A stretch of DNA of 64,000 nucleotides from Polyangiales bacterium (GTDB taxonomy: Bacteria > Myxococcota_A > Polyangia > Polyangiales > Ga0077539). The first letter of the stretch is position 1, and the number at the start of each line of letters is the position of its first letter. Below are positions 1 to 8,310 of the stretch, piece after piece. The DNA is taken from assembly GCA_041389885.1 (NCBI GenBank), contig JAWKRB010000006.1:131101-195100 (forward strand). Direction: 5' to 3'. Made by a program: the position numbers and the translations under genes. Under the pieces are notes generated by a model. That model was not told the DNA's origin, searched no databases, and saw only the letters and a program-made list of their open reading frames with translations.

Positions 1-2
1 CG

Positions 3-1370
3 ACGAACGTCTCGTGCGAGGCCGCGCGCACGGTCGTCGACGGCGACACGCTGCGCGGGGAGGATCTGAGCGTCGCCACCGTCGTGCAGCCGCCTTGCCC
101 AGGCATGGCCGGAGGCGGCGCCACCTCGCTGTACTACGCGACGGTAGGCCTCTCGCGGGCAGACCCTCTTCGTCGGCGCCACCCCCGAGTCCCCGGGGCG
201 TCTCGCGCCGACGATCCGCGTGATCCCCGCCTGCGGCTCGAACGTCTGCTTCGCGGCGCCGAGCAGCGCCGGGACCATGTCCTCGGCGGCGTTCTTCAAC
301 GCGGGCGCCGACCAGCGCGTGCTCATCGCCGTGGGCGCGACCAACGTGAGCCTCGCGGTGCCGTACACGCTGTCGGTCGTGATTCGCCCCCCCGCGGCGA
401 ACGGCGTGTGCGCCTCGGCGCTCGCGGTGTCGAACGGCACGTCGCTCGTCGGCCAGGACCTGCCGACGGCCGCGAGGCGCTCCTCCGCCTGCGCGCGACG
501 CCGGGCCGCGAGGGCACCGCGCTGTACTACCTTCGCGCGGTGGGCGCGGGCGAGAAGCCACGGTGCTGGCCTCGCGCGCCGAGGCCGGGTCGCGCCGACC
601 TTGCGTCCGTTCTCCAACTGCGGCGACGGCGTACCGCGAGCTCGACGCCGTCGGGCACCAGCGCCTGGTCGAAGCTACACTACCCTGACCGGGGCGGCGC
701 AGACCCCAGCTTCGCGATGAACCTCACCGACGGCGGCGCGACCCCGGCCGCCCGCGCGAACCTCACGGTGTCGGTGTCGCGGCCTCCGTACACGGTCACC
801 ACGATCCCCGCGAGCTGCGACGGCGTGACCGACGGGGTGCTCGCCGACGCGGTCGGCGATGACGTCGGCACGGCGTCGCTGCCGCTGCCCTTCGCGCTCT
901 CGTACTTCGGGGAGCCGGTGAGCGGGTGGAGCGTGTCGACGAACGGCTACCTGCAGCTGTGGCCCACGACGGGGCGCTCCGCGGGCGCCCTCGGCCAGAC
1001 CGAGCTCCCCGCGGCGAGGGCGCCCGGCGGCATGGTCGCGCCCTTCTGGGACGACCTGATCGTCACCGCGGGCCTCGGCGACGTGCGCGCCGCGGAGGTC
1101 GTCGCGGGCGGTCGGCACCTCACGGTGCAATGGACCCGCGCGCAGTTCTGCTGCAACGCCTCGAGCGCCGACCGGCTGACCTTTCAGGCCAAGCTCTTCG
1201 CGAGCGGCGTGGTCGAGTTTCACTACTGCGACCTCTCGGGCATGACGAGGGTGAACGGCTCCAGCGCCTCGATCGGGATGCAGGACCCGTCCGCCCTGCG
1301 GGGCGTGAGCTACGCCGCGCGCCGTGCCGACGCGGTGCGCACCGGGTTCGGCCTGCGCTTCACGCCCTGA
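3..1370 (+). CDS. 5'-partial gene ending in the C-terminal domain shared by the cysteine-rich repeat lipoprotein family; the reading frame appears disrupted between about nt 150 and nt 520
   Basis: Frame 3 is open from the window edge to the stop at 1370. Its last roughly 200 aa align by eye with the C-terminal domains of the ORFs at 47154..49319 and 49346..51577 (shared blocks such as NGYLQL/NGWIGV, APFWDDL/SPYWTDN, VEFHYCDL/IDFIYQSM, ASIGMQD/ATVGLEN and the RF-x-P ending). Protein-like sequence switches to frame 1 for about 148..480 and then returns to frame 3. Confidence 0.5.
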   Translation, partial: TNVSCEAARTVVDGDTLRGEDLSVATVVQPPCPGMAGGGATSLYYATVGLSRADPLRRRHPRVPGASRADDPRDPRLRLERLLRGAEQRRDHVLGGVLQRGRRPARAHRRGRDQREPRGAVHAVGRDSPPRGERRVRLGARGVERHVARRPGPADGREALLRLRATPGREGTALYYLRAVGAGEKPRCWPRAPRPGRADLASVLQLRRRRTASSTPSGTSAWSKLHYPDRGGADPSFAMNLTDGGATPAARANLTVSVSRPPYTVTTIPASCDGVTDGVLADAVGDDVGTASLPLPFALSYFGEPVSGWSVSTNGYLQLWPTTGRSAGALGQTELPAARAPGGMVAPFWDDLIVTAGLGDVRAAEVVAGGRHLTVQWTRAQFCCNASSADRLTFQAKLFASGVVEFHYCDLSGMTRVNGSSASIGMQDPSALRGVSYAARRADAVRTGFGLRFTP

Positions 1371-1374
1371 ACGC

Positions 1375-2346
1375 TCAGCCCGGCCGCAGCACGATCGCCA
1401 GCGACACCAGGCTCACCAACAGAATCACCGCCGCCAGGAGCACCACGAGCCAGTCGGCGCGGCCGGGCGGGGTCACCTGCGAGGGGCGCGACCGACGCTC
1501 CGCCGGCGCGCTCGCGCGCGGGGTGAGCGAGACGCGCGGCGAGCTCCGCGTCTCCTCCTCGGCGTCGCCGGGCTCCGGCTCCGACGACACCGCGGGCGCG
1601 GGCTCTGGGGGCGCGGGCGTGGGCGCGCGGTGGTCCTCGCCGCGGTCCAGCGCGCGAAGGAGGTCTTCGGTGGGGTCGACGTAGCGCAGCACGGTGCGCC
1701 CGAAGGTGAGCTCGTCGCCGTGCCGGAGCCGCCGCTCCGTCGAGGCGCGCCCCTGCACGACGACGCCGTTGCGGCTCCCGAGGTCACGGAGCAGCGCGCC
1801 CTCGCCGTCGCGCGAGACCTCCGCGTGGCGCCGCGAGCAGTCGCGGTCGTCGAGCACGATGTCGCAGTCCTCGCCGCGTCCGATGACCAGCGAGGCGGCG
1901 GGCGCGAGGGGCCAGAAGCGCCCAGCCTCGCGCGTGTTGACCAGCGCGAGGTGAGGCGGCGCGGCCTCGCCCCCGGCGTCGCGGATCGAGTCGAGCAGCA
2001 GGCGCCGCGCGATGCTCGCCGTGCGCTCGGGGGGATCGGGCGCGGCGAGCGATCCGCTCACGGTCAGCGCGAACTCGGCGAGGCAGACCACGTCGCCGTC
2101 GCGCACGAGCTTGCGCCGCCCCGGGGGCAGGAGCGCGCCGTTCACGCGCGTGCCGTTGGTGCTCCCCTCGTCGACCACGGCCACCTCGCTGCCGTCTACG
2201 TGAAACACCGCGTGCAGCTCGCTCACCGCGCGAGACGGCAGGCGCACGTCGACGGTGGGACCTCGGCCGACCTTCACCCTCGGCTGGTCCAGGGTGATCT
2301 CCTGGGGCGTCGCTCCGGGCGCCGTGATGGAGAGCTTCAGGGCCAC
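1375..2346 (-). CDS. FHA domain-containing protein with two FHA domains and a C-terminal transmembrane anchor
   Basis: Two regions with the FHA signature (GR..CDIVL....SRRHA and GRG..VDVRL....SELHA, each followed by an S/T-NGT-x-VNG block). The C-terminus is hydrophobic (WLVVLLAAVILLVSLVSLAIVL). Confidence 0.8.
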   Translation of the reverse strand: MALKLSITAPGATPQEITLDQPRVKVGRGPTVDVRLPSRAVSELHAVFHVDGSEVAVVDEGSTNGTRVNGALLPPGRRKLVRDGDVVCLAEFALTVSGSLAAPDPPERTASIARRLLLDSIRDAGGEAAPPHLALVNTREAGRFWPLAPAASLVIGRGEDCDIVLDDRDCSRRHAEVSRDGEGALLRDLGSRNGVVVQGRASTERRLRHGDELTFGRTVLRYVDPTEDLLRALDRGEDHRAPTPAPPEPAPAVSSEPEPGDAEEETRSSPRVSLTPRASAPAERRSRPSQVTPPGRADWLVVLLAAVILLVSLVSLAIVLRPG

Positions 2347-2546
2347 GGCGCGTCGCCTAGCAGCGCGCGAGGCGAGGGGTCAACTTCTGGCGCGGGCGAG
2401 CGCGCCGCGGCGGGGCGCGCCGCGCTCACCTCGCGCAGGAGCTCTGCGCGGGCGGCGCGTTCAATCGTCGACGAAAAGTTGGCTCTCGAATTCCGTCCGG
2501 TGCATGAGCGTTCGAGCACCGCAAGTCACGGAGGACGAGAGAGACC

Positions 2547-4355
2547 ATGGCGACCACAGCAGCCGCGGAGCGCCGCGACCCCACCGCACCTCGACGCCCC
2601 TTCAGGGCCCCGGTCGACATCGCCGACATCGTCGATCAGGAGATCTGGCAAGGCGACGCGCGCGACCTCTCCATCAGCGGGATGTCCGTGCAGAGCGCGA
2701 TGGTCCCCGAGGTGGGCGAGGAGCTCGCGTGCCGGTTTCGCCTCGAGGGGGGAGAGCAGATCGAGTCACGCGTCGAGGTCGTCTGGGCGCGCGAGGCCGG
2801 GGCGCGCGACGGCGAGTTCGGCGTGCGCTTCACCGCCCTCGACGCGAACCTCAAGGAGACCCTGCGCAAGGTGCTCCCGGCCCCCGTCGCGCCCGTCGCC
2901 GCGACGCCCGCGTCGGCGCCCACCGGGGGGATTCACGAGAACAGCAAGGTTCGCATCGTGATCCCCGGCATGGAGGCCCCGCTCCGCGCGAGGGTTCGCA
3001 CCCGCGCGCAGGGCGCGCTGATCGTCGGCAGCGACCTCACGTTCTTGAGGCTCGGCGAGCGCGTGGCCGTCGACGGCGGCAGCGAGCGCGCCGACGGGAA
3101 CATCACCGCCGTCGACATCGAGGTCGACAAGCGCAGCGGCGTGCCGCGGCTCATTCTCACGATCGATGGAGCGGGCGAGGCGCCGGGCGTCGTGCCGCCC
3201 GCGGTCGCTCCTGCGACGAGCGAAGCCGCCCCGCGCGTCGAGGTCGGCGAGGCCGAGCGAGACACCAAGGTCGAGGTCAAGCCCGCGTCGGAGGCCGCGC
3301 GCGCCGAGGCCGCGCCTCGCCCGGAGCGCGCGCGGGCCGCGCAGGAGACCCGGGTCCTGTCGACCCACGACGAGCACGAGCTCCCCGACGACGAGGCCTT
3401 CGACACGCGCACCTGGGCGCAGCGCGCCCTCGAGGCCGCGAAGGTGAACGCGGCTCGCCTCGCGGCGGCGGCGGGCCCCGCGGCGCGAGACGCCGGCAAG
3501 GCCGTGGGGGGCGCCGTCGACGCGCTCCGCGCGAGGGTGCGCGGCGGGGTCGCGTCGGTCGAGCAGCCGCGGCGAGAGCCCCGCGTCACGTTGAACCGGA
3601 ACGGTCTCCGACGGCAGCACGCGGAGGAGAGCGAAGGGGCCGCGGCGCCGGTGCGCAACCGACGCACGATGGTCCTCGCGGGTGTGGGCGGGGCCGCGGC
3701 GCTGGGCATCGTCGCCCTCGCCGTCACGGGCGGCCCGAAGCCGCAGGCGCCTCGCCCGCAGGTGACCATCGCCCGCGAGGGGCTCAACCCTGACGCGCTC
3801 AACGCCGCGGACGAGGCGGCGACCACGCCGATCACCCTCGGCGCGGCGCCCACGGCGATGCAGCCTGAGCCGCAGATGATCCAGGGCGAGGCGGGCAGCC
3901 TCCCCGTCGACCTCCGGGCGCCGGCGGCCGCGCCGAGCGAGACCGACCCCGTGCAGGTGACGCGGCGCGCGGCGCGGGCGGCGGCGAGCCCTCGCGCGAC
4001 CCCGACGACGCGGGTCGCCGCCGGGCGGATGACCCTGGGAAATCCGGCGATCCGCGCGGGGACGCTGATGCGAATCCGCACCGACGGGCCGATCACGCGG
4101 CTCGACGGCGTGGGCGCGCGAGGCGCAGACATCGTGATCTCGATCCCCGGGCGCCGCTCCCTCGACCTGGGCGCTCCGCTGGCGCGCCTTGACAGCCGCA
4201 TCGCGTCGTCCCGCGTGATGAACCGCTCGACAGGCGCCGTGCTCACCCTGCACTTCCGCACCGCCGCGCCCCCCTTCAGCGCCCGGGCCGTGGGGAACAA
4301 CCTCCACGTCGTGCTCGGCGCCACCCCCGGCGTCCGCGCCCGCGCCCGCCGCTGA
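2547..4355 (+). CDS. PilZ domain-containing protein (probable c-di-GMP binding), with one transmembrane segment
   Basis: The N-terminus carries an RxxxR motif followed by D-x-S-x-S-G (RRPFRAP...DLSISGMSV). A second PilZ-like block follows, then a single TM helix (MVLAGVGGAAALGIVALAV). Confidence 0.6.
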   Translation: MATTAAAERRDPTAPRRPFRAPVDIADIVDQEIWQGDARDLSISGMSVQSAMVPEVGEELACRFRLEGGEQIESRVEVVWAREAGARDGEFGVRFTALDANLKETLRKVLPAPVAPVAATPASAPTGGIHENSKVRIVIPGMEAPLRARVRTRAQGALIVGSDLTFLRLGERVAVDGGSERADGNITAVDIEVDKRSGVPRLILTIDGAGEAPGVVPPAVAPATSEAAPRVEVGEAERDTKVEVKPASEAARAEAAPRPERARAAQETRVLSTHDEHELPDDEAFDTRTWAQRALEAAKVNAARLAAAAGPAARDAGKAVGGAVDALRARVRGGVASVEQPRREPRVTLNRNGLRRQHAEESEGAAAPVRNRRTMVLAGVGGAAALGIVALAVTGGPKPQAPRPQVTIAREGLNPDALNAADEAATTPITLGAAPTAMQPEPQMIQGEAGSLPVDLRAPAAAPSETDPVQVTRRAARAAASPRATPTTRVAAGRMTLGNPAIRAGTLMRIRTDGPITRLDGVGARGADIVISIPGRRSLDLGAPLARLDSRIASSRVMNRSTGAVLTLHFRTAAPPFSARAVGNNLHVVLGATPGVRARARR

Positions 4356-4411
4356 ATCCTGTGGCGGCCCTTGCAGGCGCGCCGCGCCTGGGGCGATAAC
4401 CCGCCCGCGCC

Positions 4412-5572
4412 ATGAAGCTCGACACCCTCGTCATTCACGCAGGCCAGCACCCCGACCCAGTCTCTGGCGCGGTGATGACCCCCATCGTGCTCTCCAGCAC
4501 CTTCGCGCAGGAGGGCCCTGGGGTTCACAAGGGCTACGACTACTCTCGTAGCGGCAACCCCACCCGCAACACGCTCGAGGCTTGCGCGGCGGCGCTGGAG
4601 GGCGGCACGCACGGCCTGGCCTTCGCGTCGGGCTGCGCGGCGACCACGTCGATCCTGCACCTCCTGCGCCCGGGCGACCACGTCGTGTGCGGCGACGACG
4701 TCTACGGCGGGACCTTTCGCATCCTCGACAAGGTGATGAAGCCCATGGGCGTCACCGCGACCTTCGTCGACATGCGCGACCTCGACGCGACCGCGGCGGC
4801 GTTTCGGCCCGAGACCCGGCTGGTGTGGCTCGAGACGCCCTCGAACCCGATGCTCAAGGTCTTCGACATCGCCGCGGTGTGCGCGATGGCGAAGGCGCGC
4901 GGCGCGCTGTCGGTGGTCGACAACACCTTCGCGACGCCGGTGATCCAGCGGCCGCTGGCCCTCGGCGCGACCGCGGTGGTGCACTCGACGACGAAGTACC
5001 TCAACGGGCACTCTGACGTCGTGGGCGGCATGGTGATGACCGCCGACGACGGCTTCGCGGAGCGCCTGCGCTTCTTGCAGAACGCGATGGGCGCGGTGCC
5101 GTCGCCCTTCGACTGCTTTCTCGTGCTGCGCGGGCTCAAGACCCTCGCGGTGCGGGTGCAGCGGCACTGCGAGAACGCCGAGAAGATCGCGCGGTGGCTG
5201 CGGGCGCGGCCCGAGGTCAAGCACGTTCACTGGCCGGGCTTCGAGGACCACCCCCAGCGCGAGGTGATCGCGCGGCAGATGTCCCTCGGCGGGGGGATGG
5301 TGTCGTTCGTGATGGGCGCGGGCGCCGACGGCTCGGTCGCGGCGCGCTCGCGGAGGTTCCTCGCGGCGCTGAGGGTCTTCACCTGCGCCGAGAGCCTGGG
5401 CGGCGTCGAGTCGCTCATCGAGCTCCCCGCGGTGATGACCCACGCGAGCCTGCCCCCCGAAGCTCGCGCCGCGCTCGGCATCGACGACGGGCTCGTGCGC
5501 ATCAGCGTGGGCATCGAGTCGGCCGACGACCTCATCGCGGACCTCGAGCAGGCGTTCGCCGCGAGCGCGTGA
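4412..5572 (+). CDS. Cys/Met-metabolism PLP-dependent enzyme (cystathionine gamma-synthase / beta-lyase / gamma-lyase family)
   Basis: Full-length match to the trans-sulfuration enzyme family: DTLVIHAG, SRSGNPTR, a TKYLNGHSDVVGG block with the PLP-binding lysine, and ESLGGVESLIE. Confidence 0.85.
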   Translation: MKLDTLVIHAGQHPDPVSGAVMTPIVLSSTFAQEGPGVHKGYDYSRSGNPTRNTLEACAAALEGGTHGLAFASGCAATTSILHLLRPGDHVVCGDDVYGGTFRILDKVMKPMGVTATFVDMRDLDATAAAFRPETRLVWLETPSNPMLKVFDIAAVCAMAKARGALSVVDNTFATPVIQRPLALGATAVVHSTTKYLNGHSDVVGGMVMTADDGFAERLRFLQNAMGAVPSPFDCFLVLRGLKTLAVRVQRHCENAEKIARWLRARPEVKHVHWPGFEDHPQREVIARQMSLGGGMVSFVMGAGADGSVAARSRRFLAALRVFTCAESLGGVESLIELPAVMTHASLPPEARAALGIDDGLVRISVGIESADDLIADLEQAFAASA

Positions 5573-5607
5573 CAACATCGAACATTCTCTTGACGAGTGG
5601 AGGCGAC

Positions 5608-6177
5608 GTGAAGCGGCTACTAGGCATTGCGCTCTTGATCGCGGGCGGAGGGTGCGGAGACGACCCCCAGCCCCTCACCGGCCAGGCGCGCTGGATCGAC
5701 ACCTGCCTGCGCGAAGGCATGGGTCGCACCGGCGGCCCCCACGTGATCACGGGCACCGACTCGTCGACCGGGCGAGACATCACCTGCGCCATCGGGATGA
5801 GCGGCAGCGACATTCATGTCGAGCTGCGCGCCGTCGTCGGGGACAACATCGAGTCGTCGAACGAGGGCGTGTTCATCTCGGCAGACTTCGCCGCCGTGGG
5901 TCAGTCCGCGAACAACGGCAGCGCGATGTCGATCCGCGGCGTGGGCTGGTCGGTGAGCCGCGGACCGATCATCGGTCAGAACAACATGTACCCCTGCGAG
6001 GTGATCCTCACCCGCGCCGACCTCACGACCCGCTCCTTCACGGGTCGCTTCCGCTGCCGCGACCTCCGCGACGACACCACCGTCCCGCCGCGCGTCTGCT
6101 CGATCCTGGGGCAGAACAACCTCACGGCTGACCCCGAGTGGGGCGATTTCGCCTTCTCGAACTGCACCGCCTACTGA
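5608..6177 (+). CDS. small secreted lipoprotein, hypothetical
   Basis: A GTG start is preceded by GGAGG. The N-terminus VKRLLGIALLIAGGGCGDD has a lipobox. This sits inside the longer track ORF 5194..6177 in the same frame. Confidence 0.5.
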   Translation: MKRLLGIALLIAGGGCGDDPQPLTGQARWIDTCLREGMGRTGGPHVITGTDSSTGRDITCAIGMSGSDIHVELRAVVGDNIESSNEGVFISADFAAVGQSANNGSAMSIRGVGWSVSRGPIIGQNNMYPCEVILTRADLTTRSFTGRFRCRDLRDDTTVPPRVCSILGQNNLTADPEWGDFAFSNCTAY

Positions 6178-6285
6178 CGCCCCGCGCGACGCCTCCGACG
6201 CGCGCGCGGCCCCCCCGCGCCGCCTCGTCGTGATCGCGCCGGGCGAGGCCCGCGCCTCGATCGCGCTCCCCCCCAAATGAGCGAC

Positions 6286-6313
6286 GGCCCTCGAAGCGAT
6301 CGCGTCGAGGGCC
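6286..6313. terminator. candidate bidirectional terminator hairpin between convergent genes
   Basis: Perfect 9-bp inverted repeat GGCCCTCGA-N10-TCGAGGGCC in the gap between the convergent genes ending at 6177 (+) and 6357 (-). Confidence 0.35.
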
Positions 6314-6356
6314 GTCTTGCGAGGCGAAGGAGCGAACGCTCAGCGGAGCGTGGCGC

Positions 6357-6710
6357 TCACTGGTGGCAGGGGCCGCGACCGCGGTTCACGCCGTCGGCGT
6401 TGTTGCCCGTGTCAGAGTCGGTGTGGCGACGGAGGCGGCAGACGCCGCGCCCGGGGCCGTCGGCGTTCGCGCCGCTGTCGCGGTCGGTGGCGCCGGTGCG
6501 GCCGTGGCCGGGGCGGTCGGCGTTGGCGCCCGAGTCGCTGTCCGAGGGGCCCTGCGCGTGGGCCTGGGAGGGCTTGGCGGTGATCGCGCCGGCCACCGCC
6601 GCGCCGACGACGCCCGCGCCGATCAGGCCCAGAGCGCTGCGACGACCCATGTGGGCCTCGGTCACCATCTCATCGTCGCTCAGCGTCTTCTTCTCAGTCT
6701 TGTCGCTCAT
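6357..6710 (-). CDS. small Tat-signal secreted protein with Gly/Asp/Asn-rich short repeats
   Basis: Starts at an ATG preceded by AGGCGAGAG. Contains a twin-arginine signal (MGRRSALGLIGAGVVGAAVAGAITAKPSQAHAQ). The mature part carries repeats DSDSGANADRPGHGRTG / DRDSGANADGPGRG / DSDTGNNADGVNRGRG and two Cys. The longer track ORF 6357..6818 has an unlikely N-terminus. Confidence 0.5.
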   Translation of the reverse strand: MSDKTEKKTLSDDEMVTEAHMGRRSALGLIGAGVVGAAVAGAITAKPSQAHAQGPSDSDSGANADRPGHGRTGATDRDSGANADGPGRGVCRLRRHTDSDTGNNADGVNRGRGPCHQ

Positions 6711-7017
6711 GGCTGCTCTCGCCTTTGGGTGTGTTTGGATCAGCGCCCGGTGGAGGTCACGGCCCGAATGGCCCTGAACCCTCCCGCGCGCCGACATCTG
6801 TACGCCCGATGGCACCACAGTACTTCAACGGCGCGCAATCTTTTCCATCGAGTTCAGGGGTGGCGCCGCATCAATTGAATACCAGAAATGGTGATAATGA
6901 AATCCGTTCTTGAGATCTTCTCTAGACGGATCCGGGTGGGGCGCGCGTCGCTCGAAGAAGCCATCGACGGCGCCTGCCCGGTCGGCTACACCGTCGCCCC
7001 ATCGGAGGACACCGGTC

Positions 7018-8196
7018 ATGGAACACTGGGACATCGAGCGCCTGATCGCGCCCATCACGCTTGAGACCTTCTTCTCGGAGTACTGGGAGCGCAAGCCGCT
7101 GGTGGTGCGCCGGGGCCAGCCTGAGGCCTACAGCTCGCTGGTGTCGCTCGCCGACATCGACCAGGTCATCACCACGTTTCACCTCTCTCACCCCGACGTG
7201 ATGATGGCGAACGCGACCCGAGGGGTCACCGAGGCCGACTACACCTTCGACGGCGGCGCCGTCGACATCGTGCGGCTGTACCAGCAGTTCGCCGCGGGCT
7301 CGACGATCATCATGAACCAGCTCCACCGCTTCTTGCCCGCGCTGGGTGACCTGGTGCGGCGGGTGGAGCACCAGGTCAGCTCGAGGATGCAGACCAACAT
7401 CTACCTGACGCCGCGCGAGGCGCAGGGGCTGCGCATCCACTACGACTCCCACGACGTCTTCGTGCTCCAGGTGCACGGCGTGAAGCACTGGAGGCTCTAC
7501 GAGACCCAGGTGCCGCTGCCCTTTCGGGGACAGCAGTTCGGAGACTTTCCCGCCGAGCCCGGCGAGGTCGCGCAGGAGTTCGACCTCGAGCCCGGCGACG
7601 TGCTGTACATGCCCCGCGGGCTGATGCACGCGGCGTCGACCACGAGCGACACGTCGATGCACATCACCATGGGGGTGCTGCACACGACCTGGGTCGAGGT
7701 GATGATCGAGGCCCTCGCGCGCTTCGCCACCAGCGACGACGAGATGCGCGCCGGCCTCCCGCCGGGCTACGCCCGCGCGAGCTTCGACCGCGACGCGGCC
7801 GAGAAGCACTTTCGCAAGCTCTTCGAGCGCGCGGCCCAGGGGGTCGACTTCGAGGGCGCCTTCGAGGTCTTCGTCGACGACATCACGACCACCCGCGCCC
7901 CCCTGCTCCAGGGCCAGCTCCAGCAGGTCATGCGCCTCGCCGAGATCTCCCCCGACACCGTCGCCGGCGCCCGCCCCAACCTGCTCTACCGCGCCCAGAC
8001 CGACGACGAGGGGATCACCATCTCGTGCTCGGGGCGCGACATTCGCCTCCCCCCGCACGCCGCCGAGGCGGCCCTGTCGGCCCTCAGCACCGCCCGCTTC
8101 GTCGTGCGGGAGCTCCCCGGGGAGCTCGACGACGACGGCAAGGCCGTGCTCGTGCGCCGGCTGGTGCGCGAGGGCTTCGTGCGCGCAGATTTCTGA
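7018..8196 (+). CDS. JmjC / cupin-4 family Fe(II)/2-oxoglutarate oxygenase (ribosomal-oxygenase / YcfD-like)
   Basis: ATG with GGAGGA upstream. Double-stranded beta-helix motifs HYDSHDVFVLQVHGVKHW ... MHITMGVLH (HxD...H facial triad). Overall architecture resembles the bacterial JmjC hydroxylases. Confidence 0.75.
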   Translation: MEHWDIERLIAPITLETFFSEYWERKPLVVRRGQPEAYSSLVSLADIDQVITTFHLSHPDVMMANATRGVTEADYTFDGGAVDIVRLYQQFAAGSTIIMNQLHRFLPALGDLVRRVEHQVSSRMQTNIYLTPREAQGLRIHYDSHDVFVLQVHGVKHWRLYETQVPLPFRGQQFGDFPAEPGEVAQEFDLEPGDVLYMPRGLMHAASTTSDTSMHITMGVLHTTWVEVMIEALARFATSDDEMRAGLPPGYARASFDRDAAEKHFRKLFERAAQGVDFEGAFEVFVDDITTTRAPLLQGQLQQVMRLAEISPDTVAGARPNLLYRAQTDDEGITISCSGRDIRLPPHAAEAALSALSTARFVVRELPGELDDDGKAVLVRRLVREGFVRADF

Positions 8197-8310
8197 CCGC
8201 CCACCTCCCTCGCGCGGCTTCACGCCGGAGCCTCCCCGTCGTAGCATCCCCGCCGCGCGCCGACTGAATGGCCATTCAGTCAGCGCCCCGAAACGACGAG
8301 GTTGAACGAC

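Noticed and set aside
2766-5578. Long minus-strand ORFs (513 and 881 aa) antisense to the PilZ gene and the PLP enzyme gene
   Set aside because: Arg/Ala/Gly-rich, low-complexity translations typical of GC-rich antisense frames. The sense-strand genes have clear family motifs.
5194-5607. Upstream extension of the small lipoprotein ORF
   Set aside because: It overlaps the 3' end of the PLP enzyme gene and is Arg-rich. The GTG at 5608 has a GGAGG ribosome-binding site and an immediate lipoprotein signal.
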